Assembly (NCBI GenBank): GCA_048886685.1
Contig: JBHLKM010000001.1
Location: 64,001 to 128,000 of the forward strand
DNA: 64,000 bases
DNA from: Candidatus Hodarchaeota archaeon
GTDB taxonomy: Archaea; Asgardarchaeota; Lokiarchaeia; Sigyniarchaeales; SOKP01
Direction: 5' to 3'
Each line of letters begins with the position of its first letter. The stretch's first letter is position 1. The position numbers and the translations under genes are program-made. A model generated the notes under the pieces. That model saw only the letters and a program-made list of their open reading frames with translations, was not told where the DNA came from and made no database searches. This document shows, one piece after another, positions 9,021 to 19,135 of this stretch.

Positions 9021-10508
9021 TTACGATTGACGCTTCTCTTCATAATCCTTAAGTTTTTGTTCATGCATTATATGTAATTCTTTTTTCATCTCTTCTACGA
9101 CTTCTCCCGTCAATGGATAGAACTTCACCCAAACAATCAAGCCGATTAAACATACTATTCCTGGTATAAGAGTCATACTCATATTAACACTTAAAGAAGC
9201 CAAGAACATTCCCTTCGTAGCATCTAATCCATCTACTGCTTCCACGTATATTAAACCAAAAGCTGTCATCAATGCAGGTGGAATTGCTAACGCCACACTA
9301 ATCATAGGTTTGCTTAAGAGAGGACCCACACCAGCGTAGAGTCCTTCTCTTCTCTCTCCTGAGATCTTCCAATAATCAAAATCTATAGTGTCTGCCCTCA
9401 TTGGATTATGTTGAATAAAATCCCCCGCAAAACCAAGCATGAAAATTGAAAACCCTATGGAAACAAGAATCCAATTGCCTGATAATCCAGCAAAAAAGCT
9501 AAAAAAATACCCTATGGTTAACATGCTAAGATAAAATGTTATAGAAGTTTTGGTTGAGTTTTTTGCTGCAATTCTCAGAATAATTGGTACTGAAATAATT
9601 AAACAAATTATTGGTCCAAGCCAAAAAATTATCATATTAATTCCTTCCATTTGTTCAAGAACCCAGGTTAAGTAGAAAGGTAAACTCACCATTGCCATGT
9701 TGATTAAAAATACTGAAACTCCATCATAAATCACATAAACTCTAAAAGAGGGATTTTTAAATGCAAGTTTTATTGATTTTAATAAGGGAGTTTTTTCCTC
9801 AGGTATGTGTTCACTATGCTCACGAACGTATTTTGATAAGATTAAATAGGGAAATAAACCAAAAATAGCGATAACTACAACAAGGATTTGAAAAACCGTA
9901 ATTGATTCCCTAGTTGGATCTGCTAAAAATATAACAGGAATAATAAATCCTATTAAAATTGCCGGTAAATTAAAAATAGTACCAAGCAACTGTATTTTTT
10001 CTCTTTCTCGCTGATTTAACGTCATTTGGGGTAGTAATGCGACGTGAGCAATTAGAACAATAGTAAATAATGTATCATAAGCGATTTGACTAATGAGATA
10101 CCAGGTAAAAAGCCAAACTTGAATTGCAAGATCAGTTGTATGCCCTCTCCATACATCCGGAGGAAAAAAAACTAAAGCAAAACATAGACTAAAGATAGGA
10201 GCTCCAAATTTAATATAAGGTATATATCTTTGAACCTCTCTTTTTTTCTTGTTATAATATCGAGTATTACCAATTTTATTCCCAAAGACGGGGTCGTTAA
10301 CGACATTCCAAACAGCGTATACAATCTGGGCAATAAATATCCATATATTTAATAATCCCATCCATGCATAATAAAATGATTGAATTACCCCCATGGCTGA
10401 TCCATAGAACGTACCTGGCATATAAGCAAAGCCATAGGATAATTTTTCCTTTAAGGGTACTATCTCAGAATCTTCATTTTCTAATAGTTCTGTATCTTTA
10501 TGAGTCAA
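9021..10508 (-). CDS. MFS glycoside-pentoside-hexuronide (MelB-like) symporter
   Basis: WNVVNDPVFG and ADTIDFD...RREGLY motifs; about 12 TM segments. Confidence 0.85.
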   Translation of the reverse strand: MTHKDTELLENEDSEIVPLKEKLSYGFAYMPGTFYGSAMGVIQSFYYAWMGLLNIWIFIAQIVYAVWNVVNDPVFGNKIGNTRYYNKKKREVQRYIPYIKFGAPIFSLCFALVFFPPDVWRGHTTDLAIQVWLFTWYLISQIAYDTLFTIVLIAHVALLPQMTLNQREREKIQLLGTIFNLPAILIGFIIPVIFLADPTRESITVFQILVVVIAIFGLFPYLILSKYVREHSEHIPEEKTPLLKSIKLAFKNPSFRVYVIYDGVSVFLINMAMVSLPFYLTWVLEQMEGINMIIFWLGPIICLIISVPIILRIAAKNSTKTSITFYLSMLTIGYFFSFFAGLSGNWILVSIGFSIFMLGFAGDFIQHNPMRADTIDFDYWKISGERREGLYAGVGPLLSKPMISVALAIPPALMTAFGLIYVEAVDGLDATKGMFLASLSVNMSMTLIPGIVCLIGLIVWVKFYPLTGEVVEEMKKELHIMHEQKLKDYEEKRQS

Positions 10509-10637
10509 AATAAATACACTTTCAAAGAAAATTTTAAAGTATAGTTCGGAAAATTATTTGCGATTTTTCAATATTTTGAAAATGATATAAAGAGAAAAAA
10601 TTAAAAAAAAGAAGAAAAATAATATAGGTTAAAGATA

Positions 10638-11816
10638 TTAACTTCTTTTTTTCCCCAAGAAGGGCATTGCATGTTCATATCTTTTCATTACAAATCTAGA
10701 AATAACAATCCTTTGAATCTCACTTGTCCCTTCATATATTTGGTATAATTTTGCATCTCTAAATAACTTTTCAACAGGATATGTTCTCAGATAGCCATAA
10801 CCTCCAAAGATTTGAATTGCTTCAGTTGTAACGTTCATAGCAACGTCTGACGCAAATGCTTTTGCGATTGCTGAGCTTAAATTATTATCCATACCTTGAT
10901 CGGCTTCCCAGGCTGCTTTATATGTTAAAAGTCGTGCAGCTTCAATATCTTTGTACATATTAGCTATTTTTTCCTGAATTACTTGGTAATTTGCGATTGG
11001 TCTGCCAAAAGTTTCTCTTTTATGTGCATAATCTATAGAATATTCCATTGCAGAGCGAGCACACCCTACAGCGAAAGCACCTATCGCTGGACGAGTGTGA
11101 GCAAATGTTTGCATAGCTAAAACAAAACCTCTTCCTGGTTTAGCAAGAACATTCTCCTTTGGGATTCTAACGTCCTTTAACCCTACAGAAACTGTATTAG
11201 ATGATCTTTGACCTAATTTAGGGATATGCTTACCTAATTTTACTCCTTCGCTTTTGGTATCTACTATAAAAGCAGCTATCCCTTTATGCTTTTTTTCAGG
11301 ATCAACTGTAGCAAAGACGGTGATATAATCAGCAACCCCACCGTTAGTAATCCAGAACTTATTTCCATTTAAAATATACTCATCTCCATCTTTTACTGCT
11401 CGACATTGCATTCCTGCTACATCAGAACCCATCCCAGGCTCGGAAGTTGCAAAAGCAATTAGTTTAAACTCATTGATTAGCTCCGATAAAATTCTTTTCT
11501 TCTGTTCTTCATTTCCACCAATAATAATTGGCTCTGTTCCAAGATTGTTATCAAAAACAGAGGTAGCAATCCCCGGACAAGCAGATGAGATTTCTTCGAC
11601 TACAATACAGGAATTTAATAAACCTAAACCTGGACCTCCATATTCTTTTGGGATTCCTAAATTTAATAATCCTTCTTCCCAGGCTTTTTTAATCACAGGC
11701 AGAGGAAACTCTTCAGATTCATCATATTTTCGAGCAACTGGTAAGACTTCATTTATAGCAAACTCTCTCGCTTTTTTTCGTAAAGCAATTTGTTCTTCTG
11801 AAAGTATAAAATCCAT
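10638..11816 (-). CDS. acd: Acyl-CoA dehydrogenase
   Basis: FATSEPGMGSD, KFWITNG, QIFGGYGY, IYEGTSEIQR. Confidence 0.95.
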   Translation of the reverse strand: MDFILSEEQIALRKKAREFAINEVLPVARKYDESEEFPLPVIKKAWEEGLLNLGIPKEYGGPGLGLLNSCIVVEEISSACPGIATSVFDNNLGTEPIIIGGNEEQKKRILSELINEFKLIAFATSEPGMGSDVAGMQCRAVKDGDEYILNGNKFWITNGGVADYITVFATVDPEKKHKGIAAFIVDTKSEGVKLGKHIPKLGQRSSNTVSVGLKDVRIPKENVLAKPGRGFVLAMQTFAHTRPAIGAFAVGCARSAMEYSIDYAHKRETFGRPIANYQVIQEKIANMYKDIEAARLLTYKAAWEADQGMDNNLSSAIAKAFASDVAMNVTTEAIQIFGGYGYLRTYPVEKLFRDAKLYQIYEGTSEIQRIVISRFVMKRYEHAMPFLGKKRS

Positions 11817-11831
11817 TTTCTTAATCCCCTT

Positions 11832-13028
11832 TTAACCCATTTTTTCAACTAATTTGTCAACTATTTCTTTAAAATCTAAATCCTCTGGTTTTGGTACATA
11901 TTGTATTTTTATCAACTCATCCATAACATCAATTTTAGTTTCTTTCATTATATTAGCAATCTCCTGGGCAGCTTGGCCTGACCATCCATAAGACCCAAAT
12001 GCTAATCCAACTTTATTCATAGGTTTTAAGCCTCTTTGATATGATAGATATTCTGCCACTGTGGGGTATAATCCATTGTTTAAGGTTGGACTCCCCACTA
12101 TAATTGCTTTTGCTTTCATAGCTTCTGTGATTACGTCTGAATAATCAGCAGTGGTTAATTTAAACCGCTTTACTGGTATGCCTCTATGACTAATTTCTTT
12201 TGCTAAGGCTTTCGCAATCTTTTCTGTACTACCCCACATTGTATCATAAACAATAAGAACACTCTTTTCATCAATTTCTCCTTTACACCATTTGGTATAT
12301 TTCTCTAAAATTTCTGGAATATGACTGCGCCAACATACACCATGTGAAGTGCACACTATATCAATCGGTAATGCTCCTACCTTAGGTAGTGCTTTAGCAA
12401 TTAACCCAGACAAATGTAATAATATATTAGCATAATATTTCTCAGCTTCTTGCATAACTTCACACAAGTCGTTTTCATCATCCCAGCGTTTTGTTGTTGC
12501 ATAATGTTGTCCAAATGCGTCATTTGAAAACAGCACATTCTTACCATTTTCATCCGTCATAAAAGATACCATTGAATCTGGCCAATGGATCATAGGGATT
12601 GGAACAAACGTGAATTTCTTACCATTCCCAATATCTAATGTATCTCCCTCTTTAACTCCTCTAATCTTATTAAAAACCTCATCTCCAAGCTCCTCATGAT
12701 AATGGGCTTTTAGAGCATCAACTCCTTTTTCGGAAGAAATGATTTCAGTATGAGGAAGATGTTTGACGATTAATGGAAACGAACCAGAGTGATCCATCTC
12801 AACGTGATTAACAATAAGATAATCAATTTCTTCTAAGGCACATACTTCTTTAATGTTCTTTAAAAAATAGTCGAAATGTGGCCGTTTAACTGTATCGATT
12901 AATACAGTCTTCTCTCCTTTAACGATATAAGCGTTATAGGATGAGCCCCGATGTGTAGAATACCCATGAAAATTCTTAATTTCAAAATCAATAAATCCAA
13001 CGAAGAATAAACCGTCTATTAGTTCCAT
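11832..13028 (-). CDS. fprA: Flavodiiron protein (FprA, O2/NO reductase)
   Basis: HVEMDHSG, HWPD, SNDAFG, SHG diiron ligands; flavodoxin domain YDTMWGST and GSYGWSG. Confidence 0.95.
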   Translation of the reverse strand: MELIDGLFFVGFIDFEIKNFHGYSTHRGSSYNAYIVKGEKTVLIDTVKRPHFDYFLKNIKEVCALEEIDYLIVNHVEMDHSGSFPLIVKHLPHTEIISSEKGVDALKAHYHEELGDEVFNKIRGVKEGDTLDIGNGKKFTFVPIPMIHWPDSMVSFMTDENGKNVLFSNDAFGQHYATTKRWDDENDLCEVMQEAEKYYANILLHLSGLIAKALPKVGALPIDIVCTSHGVCWRSHIPEILEKYTKWCKGEIDEKSVLIVYDTMWGSTEKIAKALAKEISHRGIPVKRFKLTTADYSDVITEAMKAKAIIVGSPTLNNGLYPTVAEYLSYQRGLKPMNKVGLAFGSYGWSGQAAQEIANIMKETKIDVMDELIKIQYVPKPEDLDFKEIVDKLVEKMG

Positions 13029-13267
13029 TTCACTTTCACCTTTTTGTAAAGTTTATAAGTTATTTCTTAATAACCTAGCGGTCATTAAAAATGTTGTATC
13101 TTTTGTTTATAAGTTCTAAACAATTGAGTAATAGTTAAGAGAAAAAAGTTTAGTGGTAGTAAACAATCCTAAAGAACTTTAATTTTGTAAAATTATAATT
13201 CCTACACCACTCTACATTTATAATAATTAAACGACATAACTAATATAGAAAGAGAAAAATTAAAAAC

Positions 13268-13414
13268 ATGGAATTTATCATCAATAAGTTTATTACATTA
13301 AAGCTTGAAAACGGAAAGACCAATATCTATGTAGGTGGTCAACTGTTTAATCACTGCAAATCAATAATTACACAAATGAATACTGAAGAAATTAAAGACT
13401 TTGATTTCCTTTTA
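13268..13414 (+). pseudogene. Truncated N-terminus of a Lokiarchaeia-expanded family (domain usually found ahead of LRR proteins)
   Basis: MEFIINKFITLKLENGKTNIYVGGQLFNHCKSII... stops after 48 aa; family recognised from memory. Confidence 0.55.
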
Positions 13415-13616
13415 ACTCAATTGGAATTGTGATATTTAATAATATTTTCCATTTTTCGTATTCGCTCGTATTAGAAAAATCGGGATAATCGTCACCTCTA
13501 TATGTTATCTCTCCTGTGAGTGAATAAATTATCTCCGTACCTGCTTTAGTCGATATTATGACATAAATAAATGCTATAAACACCAATATTAATCCCATTA
13601 AGCACTTCTTTTTCAA
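13392..13616 (-). pseudogene. Signal-peptide-bearing ORF, probably truncated
   Basis: MKKK plus hydrophobic stretch; RBS-like agggcgtg upstream; its end overlaps the opposite-strand fragment. Confidence 0.4.
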
Positions 13617-13628
13617 TTTTCACGCCCT

Positions 13629-14030
13629 CTATTCCATTATTCTTATACCATCTTCATATTCATCTTCATATTGATCTACGGAAATCTTACGATAACGTTC
13701 TGGCGGTTGTCCATCTTTCAATTAAATTTCATTAGGACTATAAAAACGATTCCTATCAAAAAGATCTGTCATTTTATTATAATCCCAAACCTTAACTCTG
13801 TTACCTTCATCGTCCACGAGATTGTTTTTCATTACTAAAAATATAAAATCTCTTGTAATTGGTATCGAAGAGCCAGGTGTGTAAAAGAGATTAGACAAAG
13901 CGACAATATAGCGAAGAGTCTCCATAGCTTCTGTCCTTTTAGATAAATCGATAGTAAATTTATAAGCGCCGCTTATATAGACCTCATCGTTGTAAACCAC
14001 ACTTCTCAAGGTCAAGTGGTAAAAATACAT
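13629..14030 (-). pseudogene. Hypothetical gene fragment with a probable premature TAA at 13722-13724
   Basis: The frame continues 30 codons past the stop (LKDGQPPERYRK...IRIME*) and ends just before the next RBS. Confidence 0.4.
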
Positions 14031-14089
14031 AAGAAAACAGCTATTTACGTTCAGTAAAATGTATATTACTTACATAGCTCCTCTCTTCT

Positions 14090-14551
14090 TTAAATCTCAA
14101 TAATAATAGATGCGTTATTACATCCAATTTTCCAATAGCCTGAAAAAGGGATGAAAATTGTGATATTATAATATATAAAAGCCATAACTTGTGCACAAAG
14201 GCCTTTCTTACCCCATATCCAGATATTAATTTCTTTATTATATAAATTGTACTGAACAACTTCTAAATATGGAAGACCACAATCTGACCATACGGGCCAA
14301 CTTACCCCTAAAATATTGATACCTAGTTTAGGGGATCCTACTATTTCCATAGAACTTATATTCTTAAGTTTTAAATCATCAGGATCAATATCGTATAGAT
14401 TTACATATGGATTTACATAAAACAAAGAGGGAGAAAATGCAATCCCAAATAGTATAGATCCACACAATATAGATCCCAGAACAATATAAGTAATTAATTT
14501 TGGCTTGGTTAATTTTATATCTGTTAATGTTGAAAGATGCATTATCTTCAC
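14090..14551 (-). CDS. Hypothetical membrane-anchored exported protein
   Basis: Single N-terminal TM helix followed by a beta-rich domain containing several Cys. Confidence 0.55.
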   Translation of the reverse strand: MKIMHLSTLTDIKLTKPKLITYIVLGSILCGSILFGIAFSPSLFYVNPYVNLYDIDPDDLKLKNISSMEIVGSPKLGINILGVSWPVWSDCGLPYLEVVQYNLYNKEINIWIWGKKGLCAQVMAFIYYNITIFIPFSGYWKIGCNNASIIIEI

Positions 14552-14664
14552 TACTAGTTATCTTTTTTATGGCTAAAAAAAGTTATTCTGTTCAGAGTTT
14601 TGAACAGGGTAATATAAGAAATAATATTTTTCTTTAAAAAGATAGAGTTCCTTTAGTATTCATT

Positions 14665-14772
14665 ATGACCATAACGAATTCTCAAAACAATTCTCGAAAA
14701 TCCCCTGTCCATGTCATTGTAGACAACAGAGAACAGAAGCTTAATCCTCTTACTTTAAAAATGAGTCAATAG
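14665..14772 (+). pseudogene. ERCC4/XPF-like nuclease N-terminal fragment
   Basis: MTITNSQNNSRKSPVHVIVDNREQK...*; VIVDxRE is the start motif of ERCC4 domains. Confidence 0.4.
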
Positions 14773-14783
14773 CATATTATTCG

Positions 14784-14931
14784 CGCGGATTCCATGCATT
14801 TGGTCACATCAGTGAGGATGAGCTTTACTGGATGATTCACAGAATTTCATACCGAATGTCCATCGTGGTTTACAGAGAATTTTGGGGATCGAGTAAAATT
14901 ATTAGAAAAGGGGGAAAATATTTCCTTATAA
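14784..14931 (+). pseudogene. Frameshifted C-terminal remnant of a beta-CASP/RNase J-like MBL hydrolase
   Basis: RGFHAFGHISEDELYWMIHRI, frameshift, HTECPSWFTENF; resembles HASGH...PVHTE with the linker deleted. Confidence 0.55.
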
Positions 14932-14967
14932 AGATCTTTAGTATATCTTTTGTACCACTCTGACCTT

Positions 14968-15090
14968 GGGAATCGGAATAGTATTACGCATGGTGAAAAG
15001 GATGCATTATCGGATATAGAAATTGTGTGGCTATGTTCCGGCACCATCGCATCATATTTTAAGTATCTTGTCCATAGATTCTATAAGTAA
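14968..15090 (+). pseudogene. Possible HEPN-domain C-terminal remnant
   Basis: GNRNSITHGEKD...: an RNxxxHG motif followed by a helical segment and a stop; no start codon. Confidence 0.35.
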
Positions 15091-15246
15091 AATAAAATCA
15101 TAAATTTATTAAAGAAAAAAATAAGAATCTCAATAAAATTCAAGTTAAAAACTTATATTCTATCGATTATAAAATTTTTCAGAATTTAGATGTTAAATAA
15201 AAATCCAGAAAGAGAATTAACTTAAATTCTAAATAAGTGAATAACC

Positions 15247-15534
15247 TTAATTGTTACTGTCTCTTATCTCTTCAACTATTTTGACTACAGGACATAAGTT
15301 AAGTTTGTGACATAAAGGAGTTGCCGCTGACCCACTGGCGCAAAGACAAACGAATTCTGTTAAAAATAGTCTATCTAACTCGTCAGCAAGCTTATCTAAA
15401 TTGCCTTTTATCTCTTTAAGAGCATTGGGCAAATATATAGTTAAGGTTCCAAATATTGAAACAGCAGCTCTTCTTCTTGGAAAAAGATAATGAGTGCCAG
15501 TAGAAAATCGAAAATTGTTAATAGAAGCTGCCAT
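15247..15534 (-). CDS. Hypothetical protein
   Basis: 95-aa ORF with ATG start and a Cys-rich C-terminus; no family recognised. Confidence 0.55.
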   Translation of the reverse strand: MAASINNFRFSTGTHYLFPRRRAAVSIFGTLTIYLPNALKEIKGNLDKLADELDRLFLTEFVCLCASGSAATPLCHKLNLCPVVKIVEEIRDSNN

Positions 15535-15757
15535 TTCTTAAATAACAAATATTTTACATTATTTGTTGTGATAATATTAGATTTGTTATTAAAACCCATT
15601 CGATTCCCATTTTTTTGTGATCATATCACAATCTTTTTTATAACAAATCAAGAAAGAATAAGTAATAATAAGATGGTATTGGTAAGTTTTGTCTAAATAA
15701 GACTTATAATTTATATATCAAGTAAGTAAAAAAAAATTAGTTGGGATTAGGATAATT

Positions 15758-15895
15758 TTATTCAATTTTTTCAAACATATCTTTTCCTACACCACAAACA
15801 GGACAAGTCCAATCGTCTGGTAAATCCTCAAAGCTAGTACCTTCAGCTTCTTCATCATAAACATATCCGCAAGCTTGACATTCCCATTTTCCCAA
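15758..15895 (-). CDS. rub: Rubredoxin (45 aa, missing from ORF track)
   Basis: TTG start with aagga RBS; [45 protein letters not shown]. Confidence 0.95.
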   Translation of the reverse strand: MGKWECQACGYVYDEEAEGTSFEDLPDDWTCPVCGVGKDMFEKIE

Positions 15896-16039
15896 ATTTA
15901 ACACATCCTTTTATTATTAACTCAAGGTATTTGATTTTATGGATTGAAATTGAATGTATATTAAAAATATTAATTTAATATTTTATAAATGGTACTAAAA
16001 AGAGATTCAGTTTGAGATGATTCTAAATAAAATATAGAT

Positions 16040-17434
16040 TTAAAGGTTTAATTCAATTAATTTTTCTCTTAATGTTTTTACTTTGTCAGGTTTTAAATCA
16101 TAATACCAAACTAACATAAATGTTCCAATTATCATTGCTAACATCGGAATTAGTGAGAGATGTATATGAATTCCAAAGATTGCCAATCTCTTTTGTTCAG
16201 AAGCTCCCGGTTCAAATCCAGTAAGTGTATGCACTACGGCAAATGTAAGAGCTTGTAGAGCAAAGGATAACCTACCAAAGAATTGAAGAATCCCGTTATA
16301 AATCCCTTCTTCTCTTTTACCAAAATTTACTACTGCCTCATCTATTAACTCAGCGAAGGTTGGTGGGTACATTGACCAAAAACCACCGAGTCCAACACCC
16401 CAAATAGTCATAAAAATTATTATCAACATATATTCTTCAAGTATCAACATTGGTGCTGTCAGTATACCAAGAGTAAATCCCGCTATTATTAATATTCTTC
16501 TGTTATTATCAATTTTATGAGCAGAATAAACCCAAAGTGGTGTTGATACTAAAGCACCTACAAGAAATCCCGCCATTACTAAAATTATTGCATCTGCTTC
16601 CATTTTTAGTACATGTTTTACAACATAAGGTATTGATGCGGTCATAGAAATGGTTAAAAATGTGTATAATGTATAGGTGGTAATAAATGCCTGAAAATTT
16701 TTTTGTTTAACTGCCTTTTTTAGGGTCCTGAAGAATGCTTCTTGTTGTTCCCCTGCTTCACATTTAGCAAGATATCTCTCAACACATATTTCATCATCTC
16801 TGGTCCCCGGAATCGCAAGTCCTAAAGCTATCAAACATATGATTAAAACTACTCCACCTTGAATGATGTATGTATTTAATTCACCAAATTCTACAAACAA
16901 TGGTGGAAGTATAGATCCTAAAGCAATCCCAAAAATACCTACTGGGGTTGAGATCCCTGCAACTTTTCTACGTTCATTTTCAGTACGAAATTTATCGGGG
17001 AACAATGATACAAAATTTATAAAAAACAGGGAACCAAAAGTGTCGTATAGACAGGTTGTGAAAATTAACCAGATAAAAAGGATCCACGCACCTCCTATAG
17101 GATCAGTCGTTGGGGGTGTGAAGATAAGGAGATAAGAACATACCCATGGTATTCCACCAACTATTATCCATGGAAATCTTCGGCCCCATTTCCTTGTGAA
17201 TTTAAATGGGCGATTAGTCAAAAATCCTATTAAGGGATCGTTTACCATGTTCCATATTGCCCATAGAATGAATCCCGTTCCTGCTAACCACACATTAAGT
17301 CCAAGTTCATCCTCATAGTAATAAAAAGCATAAGCACCGAAAGCTATGTTCATGAATTCTGTCATAAATTTGCCAAAGCCATACGAGACCATACTCTTTT
17401 TTGAATGAACTATTTCAACTTCAGTTTCTCCCAT
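16040..17434 (-). CDS. MFS GPH-family sugar symporter
   Basis: WNMVNDPLIG, WGRRFPW, ELIDE...REEGIY. Confidence 0.85.
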   Translation of the reverse strand: MGETEVEIVHSKKSMVSYGFGKFMTEFMNIAFGAYAFYYYEDELGLNVWLAGTGFILWAIWNMVNDPLIGFLTNRPFKFTRKWGRRFPWIIVGGIPWVCSYLLIFTPPTTDPIGGAWILFIWLIFTTCLYDTFGSLFFINFVSLFPDKFRTENERRKVAGISTPVGIFGIALGSILPPLFVEFGELNTYIIQGGVVLIICLIALGLAIPGTRDDEICVERYLAKCEAGEQQEAFFRTLKKAVKQKNFQAFITTYTLYTFLTISMTASIPYVVKHVLKMEADAIILVMAGFLVGALVSTPLWVYSAHKIDNNRRILIIAGFTLGILTAPMLILEEYMLIIIFMTIWGVGLGGFWSMYPPTFAELIDEAVVNFGKREEGIYNGILQFFGRLSFALQALTFAVVHTLTGFEPGASEQKRLAIFGIHIHLSLIPMLAMIIGTFMLVWYYDLKPDKVKTLREKLIELNL

Positions 17435-17533
17435 ATCGAATCACAGTTGTTTGAATTTAAATTAGTTGATATTAATAGGAATTAGATATTTCTATTTTTA
17501 TACGTAATGCTTTTTTTCAAAAAAAAGTCAAAT

Positions 17534-17686
17534 TCAATCCTTTTTGGGTATCTCTTTTTCAATAAAGAAATTTTTTGAGGAGCGACATTTAGGGCATCTC
17601 CAGTCATTTCCAACTTCATTAAATGGGATCGTCTGCTCCTCGTCAATATATACATAATTACATCTTTTACATCTATGGATGTTCAT
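17534..17686 (-). CDS. Rubredoxin-like protein, basic variant (50 aa, missing from ORF track)
   Basis: MNIHRCKRCNYVYIDEEQTIPFNEVGNDWRCPKCRSSKNFFIEKEIPKKD; lies 28 nt downstream of the NROR stop. Confidence 0.85.
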   Translation of the reverse strand: MNIHRCKRCNYVYIDEEQTIPFNEVGNDWRCPKCRSSKNFFIEKEIPKKD

Positions 17687-17714
17687 CGTATAACACCATG
17701 ATTTTTATATGAAT

Positions 17715-19061
17715 TCATTCTTTTTGCTTAAAATTCTCTTTAGGACCATTACAATTAGGGCATTTAAAATCATCAGGAAGATCTTTAAAGAGGATATCCA
17801 TCACAGCTTCATCATACTCTTTACCACAATTATTACATATATAAATATATAACTCTAACAATTTCCTGAGCTCATTTTTATCCACGTCTTGCTCCATTTT
17901 ATTGTAAACGTAGGATATTGCCTTAGTATCTCCAAATAATATAGCTCCTTTAAGTCTACTTTCCTTTAACACCAATTTTTGAAAACAGCAATTTTTTTTA
18001 TCTGCCTTTCTTAATATCTCCCACCCTCCGGGAGCTTCTTCTTTTAAAGGGTCGATAATTCCTATCGAGGTTAATTCTATGCCCATAATTTTAAGTGTAT
18101 TCTTTGGGGTCGTGCCTTTGTATTCTACCTTCTTCAATCCAAGGGTAGATGCTGCTACGATCTTCGATTGTTCCATACATGCTGGAATAATGCCCCAAAT
18201 CTGATTGTTATATTCTATACAGTCTCCTACAGCAAAAATATCTTTTTCACTTGTTTCAAGAAATTCATTTACAATTATACCCTTGTTTGTCGTTAAATTA
18301 GCATCTTTGGCTAATTCAATTGTTGGTCTAATCCCTGCTTGAATTAATACGATATCTGCTTCTATCTCTTCTCCTCCTTTTAATCTAATACCTGTCACTA
18401 ATCCATTTCCTAGTATTTCTTCTGTAGTTGCATCTAAAACAACCTTAATTCCTCTTTTTTCGATTTCTTCTTTTAACATACCTCCACATTCCTCATCTAA
18501 CTGTCTTGGTAATAACTGTGGAAAAAATTCGACCACTGTTGTATCCAAACCGCTATTTTTAATTTGGTTTGCTAATTCTAGACCAAGTAATCCACCGCCA
18601 ATAACGATTGCTTTCTTAGTGTTTTCTTTTCTGATATAATATTTTATCTCTAAACCATCATCAATACTTCGTAATGTGAATAATCCTTTCTTTTCATCCT
18701 TATATTTGGTAGCATTTTTAATAGGTGGAATATTGGGAGTACTTCCTAATGCTAATACAAGTTTATCATAGGAAATTGGATCTTTGCCTTCTATTTCTAT
18801 TGTTTTATTTTTTGGGTTAATTCTTTTTACTTTTGTATTGAGAGTTAGTTTGATTTGCTTGGTTTTATACCAATCTTCCTTAAATACAATTAAGTCATCT
18901 ATGGTTACTTTTTCTGAGATTAATTCAGGCAAATTAACTCTTGTATAATAAGGATATTTTTCTTGTGTAAGTATCTCGATTTCTGCCTCTTCATTTAGAA
19001 ATCTTATATTTTGAGCAGTAAAAGTACCAGAAACATTATTTCCAATTATAACAATCTTCAT
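17715..19061 (-). CDS. NAD(P)H:rubredoxin oxidoreductase-like flavoprotein with fused C-terminal rubredoxin
   Basis: GGGLLGLE, FAVGDC; C-terminal CNNCG...FKDLPDDFKCPNC. Confidence 0.88.
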   Translation of the reverse strand: MKIVIIGNNVSGTFTAQNIRFLNEEAEIEILTQEKYPYYTRVNLPELISEKVTIDDLIVFKEDWYKTKQIKLTLNTKVKRINPKNKTIEIEGKDPISYDKLVLALGSTPNIPPIKNATKYKDEKKGLFTLRSIDDGLEIKYYIRKENTKKAIVIGGGLLGLELANQIKNSGLDTTVVEFFPQLLPRQLDEECGGMLKEEIEKRGIKVVLDATTEEILGNGLVTGIRLKGGEEIEADIVLIQAGIRPTIELAKDANLTTNKGIIVNEFLETSEKDIFAVGDCIEYNNQIWGIIPACMEQSKIVAASTLGLKKVEYKGTTPKNTLKIMGIELTSIGIIDPLKEEAPGGWEILRKADKKNCCFQKLVLKESRLKGAILFGDTKAISYVYNKMEQDVDKNELRKLLELYIYICNNCGKEYDEAVMDILFKDLPDDFKCPNCNGPKENFKQKE

Positions 19062-19135
19062 AGAGTTATTAGTTTAATCATCTTATTTTAAGGTTTTTAT
19101 TATGGTTTCTAAATAGTTGATTGATTCACAGCTAA

